Under the pieces are notes generated by a model. That model worked only from the letters and a program-made list of their open reading frames with translations. It was not told the DNA's origin and made no database searches. Source: an uncultured Actinomycetes bacterium (GTDB taxonomy: Bacteria > Actinomycetota > Thermoleophilia > Gaiellales > JALYLC01). From it: DNA of 64,000 nucleotides. The translations under genes were made by a program, and so were the position numbers. Positions 55,881 to 64,000 of this stretch are shown here, piece after piece (position 1 is the first letter of the stretch; each line of letters starts with the position of its first letter). The stretch lies in NCBI GenBank assembly GCA_963834415.1, contig CAWIBP010000005.1, positions 205,734 through 269,733 of the forward strand, given 5' to 3'.

Positions 55881-57036
55881 CCTGGGCGCGCGACGAGGCG
55901 AAGCTCGAGCGCGTCCGCGCGCTGATGGCCGAGCGCGAGCTCGATGCGCTCGTCGTGCGCGCGCCGGACAACATCGTCTACCTGACGAACTTCTGGGGCA
56001 TGAAGGGCTACGACGCGTGCGTCTTCCCGCGCGAGGGCGAGCCCGTCCTGATCTGTCTCGAGGCCTCTGAGGCCGACGCCGCCCGCACCGCCTGGACGGC
56101 GGACGTGCGGCTCTTCTCGGGCTACGAGGCGAGCGACCCGCGACCGCCCGGCCTGCGCGCCCAGGCGCTGGCAGCGGAGGTCGCGGCCGGCTACGGGCGC
56201 GTCGCGATCGAGCTGAGCGGCGGCACGCAGGCGGCCGACCGCATGGTCGGCGAGCCGACGACGTTCGGCCGCGCGTGGTTCGACGCCTTCCCCGACGCCG
56301 GGGATGCGACGCCCCTGCTCGTGGCTGCGCGCGCGATCAAGAGCGCGCAGGAGGTCGAGCGCCTGCGCCTCGCCAACGAGATCGCCGCGGCCTCGATGGA
56401 GCACATGCGCGGCGTGCTGCGGCCCGGCATGACGTGCGCGCAGGCGGCCGCCGCGTGGCAGGGCTACGTGCACGGCGAGGGCACGGGCTGGCAGGGCAAG
56501 GTCGATCTCGCCCTCCCGTTCTCGCTGATCTGGTCGGGCCCGTCGATCCGCACCTTCACCGCCACTTCCGCCGCGCCGGTGCAGGAGGGCGAGCCGACGC
56601 TCTTCGAGATCTGGGTCTGCGCCGACGGCTACTGGGCCGATCACACGAAGAACCTCGTGTGCGGCGAGCTGAAGCCGCGCTATCGCGAGCTCGAGCTCGG
56701 CCTCATGCACGTCTACGGCGAGGCGGTCGACTCGCTGCGGCCCGGCGGCGAGCTCTCGCCGCGCTCGACCGCACGATCCGCGAGGGCATCGCGGCGCTCG
56801 GTTTTCCCGGCCAGCCGTCGCACCCGATCCTGCACGGCATCGGCGCCCGCGCGCACGAGCCGCCCTACGCCCACCAGGCCGTCGAGGCCGAGGTTCGCGA
56901 GGGCATGGTGCTGGCGGTCGAGCCCGGCTGCTACTGGCCCGAGGGCGGCGGGCTCCGCGTCGAGGACAACTTCCACGTCACCGCCGCTGGGCCGGAGAAG
57001 CTCAGCCCCTTCCCGGATGGGATCGTGAATGTCTGA
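55877..57036 (+). CDS. M24 family (Xaa-Pro peptidase/creatinase/EutD-like) hydrolase; frameshift near 56755
   Basis: NIVYLTNF, RAIKS..E, HGIG, HEPP, AVEPG, RVED. Confidence 0.87.
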
Positions 57037-57779
57037 CTCCGAAGACCCGACCGTCGAGGACTCGACCGCCAAGGAGGTGCTCGGGCACGGCGATCTGCAG
57101 CCGATCCTGCCCGGGCCCGGAGGCGAGCGACTACGAGCGCTACCTGCGCACCGACGAGCTGCTCGTGCTGCAGAAGACGCCCGAGGAGATGATCCACCGC
57201 GACGAGGCGCTGTTCCAGACGGTGCACCAGTCGTCCGAGCTGTGGCTGAAGCTCGCGGTCTTCGAGACGGAGGAGGCGATCGCCCGCATCGGTGCGGGCG
57301 ACCTCGTGCTCGCCGTGCGCCTGCTCGGGCGCGCGAACCACTGCGTGATCCTCGTCACGGACGCCCTGCACGTGCTCGAGCGGCTCTCGCCCTGGGAGTA
57401 CCACGAGCTGCGCAAGGCGCTCGGTCATGGCAGCGGCTTCGACTCGCCGGGCTGGAAGCAGCTACGTCGGCTCGCCCACCCGCTCTGGGACGCGTTCACG
57501 GGGCTGCTCGCTCGCACGGGCCTCGAGCTCAGCGACGTCTACGTGCACGAGCCGCGGCACCCGTCGGTCTACGACCTCGCCGAGGCGCTGATCGAGCTCG
57601 ACGAGCGCATCGCGATCTGGCGCTCGGTGCACGTCAAGATGGTGCAGCGGGTGATCGGCGGCGGCGCCGTCGGCACCCAGGGCACGCCGGTCGCCGTGCT
57701 TGCCGGCATGACCACGAAGGAGCTCTTTCCCGAGCTCTGGCGCGTGCGCAACCGGCTCACGGAGATCGCCAACGGCTGA
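57029..57779 (+). CDS. Tryptophan 2,3-dioxygenase family heme enzyme (frameshift near 57122)
   Basis: DYERYLRTDELL.LQ, DE.LFQTVHQSSELWLKL, GSGFDSPG, WR..H..MV.RVIG, GTQG. Confidence 0.85.
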
Positions 57780-57803
57780 GCGCGTGGCGCGCCGGGGGCC
57801 GCG

Positions 57804-57840
57804 TTGACGCGCGTCCCCGCAGTCGCGATACTTGATCAAA
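57804..57840 (+). promoter_or_regulatory. Sigma70-type promoter followed by TGATCAAA
   Basis: TTGACG-N17-GATACT-TGATCAAA upstream of the first PanE-like gene. Confidence 0.6.
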
Positions 57841-57871
57841 TCACGGGGCGGCCGAGGGGGAAACGGCACGG

Positions 57872-58804
57872 ATGAAGCGGGTGTGCGTGATAGGCGCAGG
57901 TGCGATCGGCAGCCTCTTTGCCGGGCACCTGGCCGCGGTCGCCGACGTCTCGATCCTGACCCGGCGCGACGAGCACGCCTCGGCGCTGCGCCGCGACGGG
58001 CTGCGCATCAGCGGCCGCAGCGAGCGCCAGGCGAGCGTGCACGCCTCCGCCGATCCGGCCGAGATCGAGCCGTTCGACCTCGGCATCGTCGCGACCAAGG
58101 CGGCGGGGCTCGAGGGCGCCGTCGCGTCGCTGCGCGGGCGTTTCCCCGAGGCCACGATCATGACCGTGCTGAACGGCCTCGGCGCCGAGCAGGCGGTGCG
58201 CTCGGCCGGTGACTGGCCGATCATCTCGGGCGTGACGTTCATGAGCGGCACGCGCCACTCCGACACGCACATCGAGTACGTGCTCGACACCGAGACCTGG
58301 ATCGGCCCCTACGAGGACACGCCGTTCAGCGCCGTGCAGGAGGCCGCGGCGCTGATCGCGAGCGCCGGCCTCAAGGTCGAGGCGCTGCCCGACCTGCTGC
58401 CCGCGCAGTGGTCGAAGCTGATCTTCAACGCGACCGTCAACGCCGTCGCGGCGCTCACGGGTCTGCCCCACGATCCGCACTTCGCCGCGCGCGAGCACCC
58501 GACCGACCTCGGCTCGCTCGTCTACGACCTCGTCGCCGAGGGCAAGGCCGTGGCGGCGGCTGCCGGCATCGAGCTCCACGACGACCCCTGGGAGATGAAT
58601 GTGCTCGCGACCCGGCGCGGCAGCGCCCACTATCCATCGATGCTGGAGGACGTCCAAGCTCGCAGGCGCACCGAGGTCGATCTGATCACCGGCGCGCTCG
58701 TCCGCGAGGCCGCCCGCAACGGCGTCGAGGCCCCGCTCCACACCGCGCTCTACCGGCTGATCAAGGCCAAAGAGGAGTCGTACGCGACTCCGCCCCGCAC
58801 GTGA
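57872..58804 (+). CDS. Ketopantoate reductase (PanE/ApbA) family, copy 1
   Basis: VIGAGAIGS, ATKA, LNGLG, WSKLIFNA..N, SMLED..ARRRTEVD.ITG. Confidence 0.9.
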   Translation: MKRVCVIGAGAIGSLFAGHLAAVADVSILTRRDEHASALRRDGLRISGRSERQASVHASADPAEIEPFDLGIVATKAAGLEGAVASLRGRFPEATIMTVLNGLGAEQAVRSAGDWPIISGVTFMSGTRHSDTHIEYVLDTETWIGPYEDTPFSAVQEAAALIASAGLKVEALPDLLPAQWSKLIFNATVNAVAALTGLPHDPHFAAREHPTDLGSLVYDLVAEGKAVAAAAGIELHDDPWEMNVLATRRGSAHYPSMLEDVQARRRTEVDLITGALVREAARNGVEAPLHTALYRLIKAKEESYATPPRT

Positions 58805-58827
58805 ATGCAAACGCACAGGAGGACGTC

Positions 58828-60001
58828 GTGAAGGTGAAGAGGAGAGGGGCGCTCGGAGCGCTCCTGGCAGTGGTCGCGGCGCTCGGCGTCGGGGTCTCCG
58901 TGACCGGCACCGCAGCTGCTGCGACGAAGGGCGCGATCACGATCGGCTGGGCCTTCGACAGCAAGGGCAACATGGCGCCCTTCGACAACCCGGCGCTGGC
59001 AGCCGCCAACGTCCGCGTCAAGCAGATCAACGCCCGCGGCGGCGTGCAGGTGAAGATCATCACCTGCGACACCCAGAACAACAACCCGGCCAAGGCCAAG
59101 TCGTGTGCGCTCAGCCTGCTCGACAAGGGCGCCAACGTGATCTTCACGACCTGCGACGTCGACTTCGCGACGCCCGTCGTGCAGGAGGCGATCAACCGCG
59201 GCATCCTCGCGATCGCGCCGTGCATCGGCACCGATCAGATGGGCCCGAAGCGCTTCGGCGCGAAGGGCGCGCTCGCGTTCAGCTTCGGCAACGTCGCGCA
59301 GGACGAGGGCTCGGCCATGGCCGAGTGGGCGTACAAGAAGGGCTGGCGCACCGCCGGCACCGGCCACGAACACGCTGCTCGCCTACTTCAAGGTCACCGT
59401 GCAGGCGTTCGAGGCCCGCTTCAAGCAGCTCGGCGGCAAGATCGTCGCGCACGAGAGCTACGCGACCGGCGCCAACAACGTCAGCGCGGCGATCAGCCGG
59501 CTGAACGGCAAGGAGGCCGACGTCTACGTGACCGTCACCTCCTTCGGCGAGCTCCCGGCGTTCGTCTCGGGCATGCGCGCGCTCGGCAACGAGACGCCGA
59601 TCCTCAACTCGTGGGCCGGCGACGGCACCTACTGGGTGCCGAAGGACGGGGTCACGAACTACTACGCCGTGACCTACGCCTCGGCCTTCGGCGACGACCC
59701 GAACCCGGCCGTCAACAAGCTCGCCAAGGCCGTCAAGGCCGGCACCGGCGGCTTCGTGACCGGCGCCGCGGCGATCGACGGGCTCGTCACCGCTTATGCC
59801 CGCGCGGGCAACACCACGAGCGGCAAGGCGCTCGCCGCCGAGATGGTGAAGTTCAAGAAGGTGCCGACGCTGTCGGGCCTCGTGAGTTTCTCGGCCACGC
59901 AGCACAGCGTCTTCGGGCGCCAGTACCGCGTCGTCCGCATCGAGGGCAAGACGGAGAAGGTCGTCGGCTCGGTCGTCGCCAAGGTCGTGCCGAAGGTCTG
60001 A
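58828..60001 (+). CDS. Liv-type ABC transporter substrate-binding protein (frameshift near 59362)
   Basis: Signal peptide, IGW.....G.MAPFD, INARGG, CDT; aggagg RBS. Confidence 0.87.
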
Positions 60002-60006
60002 GCGAC

Positions 60007-60837
60007 GTGACACGATCCGCGGTGGCCCGACAGCGGGCCACCGCGGACCGCGTCGTGAGAGAGCAACCCCTGCCAGAGCATCCCGAAAGCCCGAGTGCGC
60101 AGGGCACGCTGCGCGCCGGCGCGGTCTCGCGCGCGTTCGAGGGCGTGCAGGCGCTGAGCGACGTGACGCTCGAGCTGCACCGGCACGAGGTCGTCGGTCT
60201 GATCGGCCCGAACGGCGCGGGCAAGTCGACGCTCGTCAATCTCATGACCGGCTTCGACTTCCCGACCTCCGGGACGATCGAGCTCGGCGGGCAGCCGATC
60301 ACGGGGTGGAGCCCGCACCGGCGCGGGCGCGCCGGGCTGGCGCGCACGTTCCAGCATTCGAAGTCGTTCCGCGATCTCACGGTGCGCGAGAACGTCGAGG
60401 TCGCCGCGCTCGGCGTGGGCGCCGCGCCGCGCGCGGCGCGCCGGCGCGCCGACGAGCTGCTGCCCCTGCTCAACCTGACCGCCCAGCAGCACCTGCCGGC
60501 GGGCTCGCTCGCGCACGGCGACGAGCGCCGCCTCGGCGTCGCGCGCGCGCTCGCGATGGAGCCGGGCTTCGTGCTGATGGACGAGCCCGCCGCCGGCCTG
60601 CCCGAGGCGGAGGTGCCCGAGTTCGCCGCGGTCGTGCGCGCCGTGCGCGACGATCACGGCGCGGGCGTGCTCCTGATCGACCACAACATGGCGCTGATCA
60701 TGGACGTCTGCGACCGCATCCACGTGCTCGACCAGGGCACGACCCTGGCCGAGGGCGCGCCCGGCGAGATCCGCGCCAACCTCGACGTGGCCGCCGCCTA
60801 CCTCGGCGAGAGCGCCGTCCACGAGGACGGCGCGTGA
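60007..60837 (+). CDS. ABC transporter ATPase (LivG-like)
   Basis: GPNGAGKST, ARTFQ, MDEPAAG, IDHNM. Confidence 0.9.
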   Translation: MTRSAVARQRATADRVVREQPLPEHPESPSAQGTLRAGAVSRAFEGVQALSDVTLELHRHEVVGLIGPNGAGKSTLVNLMTGFDFPTSGTIELGGQPITGWSPHRRGRAGLARTFQHSKSFRDLTVRENVEVAALGVGAAPRAARRRADELLPLLNLTAQQHLPAGSLAHGDERRLGVARALAMEPGFVLMDEPAAGLPEAEVPEFAAVVRAVRDDHGAGVLLIDHNMALIMDVCDRIHVLDQGTTLAEGAPGEIRANLDVAAAYLGESAVHEDGA

Positions 60838-61548
60838 GCGCCGCGATGCTCGCGATCGATGGCGCTCGACGTCAGCTACGGCGGCGTCGCCGCCGTGCGC
60901 CGCGTCTCGCTCGAGGTCGCGAGGGGCGAGATCGTCGGCCTGATCGGCCCGAACGGTGCCGGCAAGTCGACGACGCTGCACGCGGTGATGGGCCTCGTGG
61001 GCACGCGCGCCGGGGACATCCGGCTCGACGGCGCGTCGCTGCGCGGCCGCTCCCCCGAGCAGGTCACGCGCGCGGGCGTCTCGCTCGTGCCCGAGGGACG
61101 GCGCATCTTCGCCGACCTGACGGTCGAGGAGAACCTCCGCCTCGGCCTCTCCGGCCGCCGCACCCGCACGGGCTCGGCCGAGGACATCGAGGCCGTCTAC
61201 GCGCAGTTCCCGATCGTCAAGGAGTTCGGCCGCCGGCGCGCCGGCGCGCTCTCGGGCGGCCAGCAGCAGCAGCTCGCGATCGCGCGCGCGCTCGTGGCGA
61301 AGCCCGACGTGCTGCTGCTCGACGAGCCCTCGCTCGGGCTCGCGCCCAAGATCGTCGACGTCGTCTTCGAGGCGCTCGCCGAGATCCGCGAGCGCGGCAT
61401 CACGGTGCTGCTCGTCGAGCAGCGCGCGCAGCGCACCGTCGCCTTCGCCGACCGCACGTACCTGATGGCGAACGGGGAGATCCGGATGACGCTGACGCCC
61501 GCCGACGCGGGCGACACCGAGAAGATGGTGGCGGCCTACCTCTCGTGA
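60834..61548 (+). CDS. ABC transporter ATPase (LivF-like; frameshift near the 5' end)
   Basis: GPNGAGKST, LSGGQQQQL, LDEPSLGLAP. Confidence 0.9.
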
Positions 61549-62471
61549 ACCTCCTCGGCCCGCTTCCGCTCGCCTCGATCGACGCCCAGGTGGTCGTCGA
61601 CGCCATCGGCCTGGGCGCGACCTACGCGCTCATGGCGGTCGGCATCGGCCTCGTCTTCGGCGTGCTGCGGCTCGTCAACTTCGCCTACGGCCAGCTGATC
61701 ATGGCCGGCGCGTACACGCTCGCCTACACCTCGGACTGGCCCGTGGTCTGGAGCATCGTCGCCTGCTTCGCCGTGGTGATCGCACTCTCGCTGGCGATGG
61801 AGCGCGCGGTCTTCAGGCCGCTGCGCGAGCAATCGCCGACCGTGATGCTCGTGACGACGTTCGCGATCGCGTTCGTCCTGCAGGCCGTTGCGCTCTTCTT
61901 CGACATCCGCGACGACACGATCGGCGAGCCGGCCTCGTCGCTCTCCTCGCTCAACCGCTCGGTCGACATCCTCGGCGTCGACGTGCGCAAGGTGACGATC
62001 GTCGCGGTGCTCGTGGCGCTCGGCGCGCTCGGAGCGCTCGCGCTGCTGCTCGGCCGCACCGAGATCGGCCTGCGCACCCGCGCGGCCGCCGCCGACTTCC
62101 GCACGGCGCGGATGCTCGGCGTGAAGGCCAACCAGGTGATCGGCCTCGCCGTCGTGCTGTCCGGCGCCCTGGCCGCCGCGGTCGCCGTGATCCTGACCGT
62201 GCAGTCGCCGCTCGTGTCGCCCGACTTCGCGCTCAAGGACACGATCATCGTGCTCGTCGGGGTGGTGGTGGGCGGCATCGACAAGCTCTGGACGGCCACG
62301 CTCGGCGGCTTCCTGATCGGCTTCACGACGGGCATCGTGAACGGCGCGCTGCCGACCGAGAACACGGTCTTCCTGCCGTCGTACGTGTTCGCGCTCGTGA
62401 TCCTCGTGCTGCTGCTGCGCCCGGCGGGCCTGTTCGTGCGCGGGCGCTCGTCGGTGGTCGATCGCGTATGA
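61545..62471 (+). CDS. ABC transporter permease (LivH-like)
   Basis: YALMAVGIGLVFG..RLVNFAYG, VVVGG, LRPAGL. Confidence 0.88.
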   Translation: MNLLGPLPLASIDAQVVVDAIGLGATYALMAVGIGLVFGVLRLVNFAYGQLIMAGAYTLAYTSDWPVVWSIVACFAVVIALSLAMERAVFRPLREQSPTVMLVTTFAIAFVLQAVALFFDIRDDTIGEPASSLSSLNRSVDILGVDVRKVTIVAVLVALGALGALALLLGRTEIGLRTRAAAADFRTARMLGVKANQVIGLAVVLSGALAAAVAVILTVQSPLVSPDFALKDTIIVLVGVVVGGIDKLWTATLGGFLIGFTTGIVNGALPTENTVFLPSYVFALVILVLLLRPAGLFVRGRSSVVDRV

Positions 62472-63514
62472 GCCGCCGTCTCAGCGCCATCGAGGTGCTC
62501 GGCCCGATGCTGCTCGTCGTGATCGCCGGTCTCCTCAGCACGCAGGTCTCGCGCTCGAACGAGGTCTACTTCCTGAGCGCGCTGGTCTCGGTTGCGATGG
62601 TCGTCTCGGTCTACGTCTTCGTCGGCAACTCCGGGGTGCTGTCGTTCGGGCAGATCAGCTTCGTCGCCGTCGGCGCGTTCGCCTCGGGCGTGATGACGAT
62701 CCCGGTCGAGTCCAAGACCGGCGTGCTGCCCGAGCTGTTCCCGATCCTGCGCGACCACACGCTCGGCAACGTGCCGTCGCTGCTGCTCGCCGCGCTCGTC
62801 GGCGCCGTGCTCGCGCTGATCGTCGGGCTGCCGCTGATGCGCCTCTCTGGGCTCGCCGCCGGCATCGCCACGTTCGCGGTGCTCGAGATCACGCACAACC
62901 TGCTGCGCGAGTGGAACAAGATCGGCCCGGGGGCGACGACGCTCTCGCTGGTGCCCGAGTCGACCGACGCCCTGCAGGCGGTGATCGGCGTGCTGATCGT
63001 GATCGCGATCGCCTTCGCCTACCAGCGCAGCCGCCTGGGGCGCATGCTGCGCGCATCGCGCGAGGACGCGGCGGCCGCCGAGGCCGTCGGCGTCAACGTC
63101 CATCGCCAGCGGCTCTGGGCGTTCACGCTCTCGGGCGCGCTCGCGGGCTTCGCGGGCGGGCTCTACGTGCACATGCTCGGCTCGCTCACGGCCGACTCCG
63201 TGTACCTCGAGCTGACGTTCCTGACGCTCGCGATGCTCGTCGTCGGCGGCGCGACGAGCCTCTGGGGCGCCGTGCTCGGCGCGCTCGCGGTGAGCGCGCT
63301 CGACTCGTTCCTGAGCCAGGCCGAGCAGGGCGTGAACGTGGGGTTCACGTTCGACCTGCCGCAGGGCACCCGCCTCATCATCCTGGGGGTGGTCATGGCT
63401 ACGATGCTGATCCTGCGGCCGTCGGGCATCACGGGCGGTCGCGAGTTCTCCTTGCCCCGAGCGCCGCGGAAGCCCGGCAGCCCGCGGCCCACCCCGGAAG
63501 GCAACGCCCCATGA
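62468..63514 (+). CDS. ABC transporter permease (LivM-like)
   Basis: GNSGVLSFGQ, RLSG...IAT, RASRED..AA..VG, LRPSGI. Confidence 0.88.
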   Translation: MSRRLSAIEVLGPMLLVVIAGLLSTQVSRSNEVYFLSALVSVAMVVSVYVFVGNSGVLSFGQISFVAVGAFASGVMTIPVESKTGVLPELFPILRDHTLGNVPSLLLAALVGAVLALIVGLPLMRLSGLAAGIATFAVLEITHNLLREWNKIGPGATTLSLVPESTDALQAVIGVLIVIAIAFAYQRSRLGRMLRASREDAAAAEAVGVNVHRQRLWAFTLSGALAGFAGGLYVHMLGSLTADSVYLELTFLTLAMLVVGGATSLWGAVLGALAVSALDSFLSQAEQGVNVGFTFDLPQGTRLIILGVVMATMLILRPSGITGGREFSLPRAPRKPGSPRPTPEGNAP

Positions 63515-64000
63515 GGATCTGCATCGTCGGCTGCGGCGCGGTCGGTTCGCTGTTCGCGGCCAATCTCGCGACGCTCGACGACGTCGAGGTGTGGGCCTTC
63601 GACCTCTCGCAGGCGCACGTCGAGCAGATCAACGCCGCCGGCCTGCGGCTGACGGGCGCGGGCGACGTGCACGCCCGCCTGCACGCCACGAGCGACCCCG
63701 CCGAGCTGCCGCAGTGCGAGCTCGGCATCGTCGCGACGAAGGCCATGCACGCGGAGTCCGCGATCGCGGCGACCGCGCACGCCTTCGCCGACGGCGCGGT
63801 CGCCTCGGTGATGAACGGGGTCGGCAACGAGGAGACGCTCGCGAAGCACGTCGGCCGCGTGATCCGCGGCACGACGTTCCCCGCCGGGCAAGGTGCTCGA
63901 GCCGGGCGTCGTGCAGTGGGACGTGAAGGGCGACACGACGTTCGCGCCGTTCGAGCCGCAGCCTGCGACGGCCGCCGAGGTCGAGGCGCTGGCGGATGCC
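63511..64000 (+). CDS. Ketopantoate reductase family, copy 2 (runs off window)
   Basis: MRICIVGCGAVGSLFAA, ATKA, MNGVGNEE. Confidence 0.87.
   Translation, partial: MRICIVGCGAVGSLFAANLATLDDVEVWAFDLSQAHVEQINAAGLRLTGAGDVHARLHATSDPAELPQCELGIVATKAMHAESAIAATAHAFADGAVASVMNGVGNEETLAKHVGRVIRGTTFPAGQGARAGRRAVGREGRHDVRAVRAAACDGRRGRGAGGC

Overview
A very GC-rich window, most consistent with a deep-branching actinobacterium (Thermoleophilia/Gaiellales-like; inferred from gene content and widespread leaderless promoters). Many genes are split by 1-nt indels that look like long-read sequencing errors, so several coordinates are approximate. Left part: ilvE (partial), an HxlR regulator, and a near-complete de novo purine cluster (purD-purE-[PLP decarboxylase]-purB-purC-purS-purQ ... 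purL-purF-purM-purN-purH, no purK). This is followed by cbs-ycaQ-cystathionine gamma-lyase, GT87, RidA, a glutathionyl-hydroquinone reductase, an ECF sigma/anti-sigma pair and a Liv-type ABC transporter. Middle: an internally deleted gnd relic, ppgK, GH15, two fluC genes, a secreted Ig-like repeat protein, pcaIJF, and a methyltransferase/TetR/cupin group. Right part (39.6-64 kb): a catabolic island of about 24 kb that matches no pathway I recognise. It holds a non-CODH CoxMSLG molybdenum hydroxylase, an LLM oxidoreductase, non-canonical M20 and M24 hydrolases, an FAH-family protein, a divergent TDO, a kynureninase-like enzyme, an OCD/threonine-dehydratase pair, an aldo-keto reductase, a COG1233 flavoprotein, two PanE paralogues and a second ABC importer. 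Three of its promoter regions share a TGATCAAA motif at the -10 element. A DUF222-HNH gene with a LexA box over its start codon interrupts the island.
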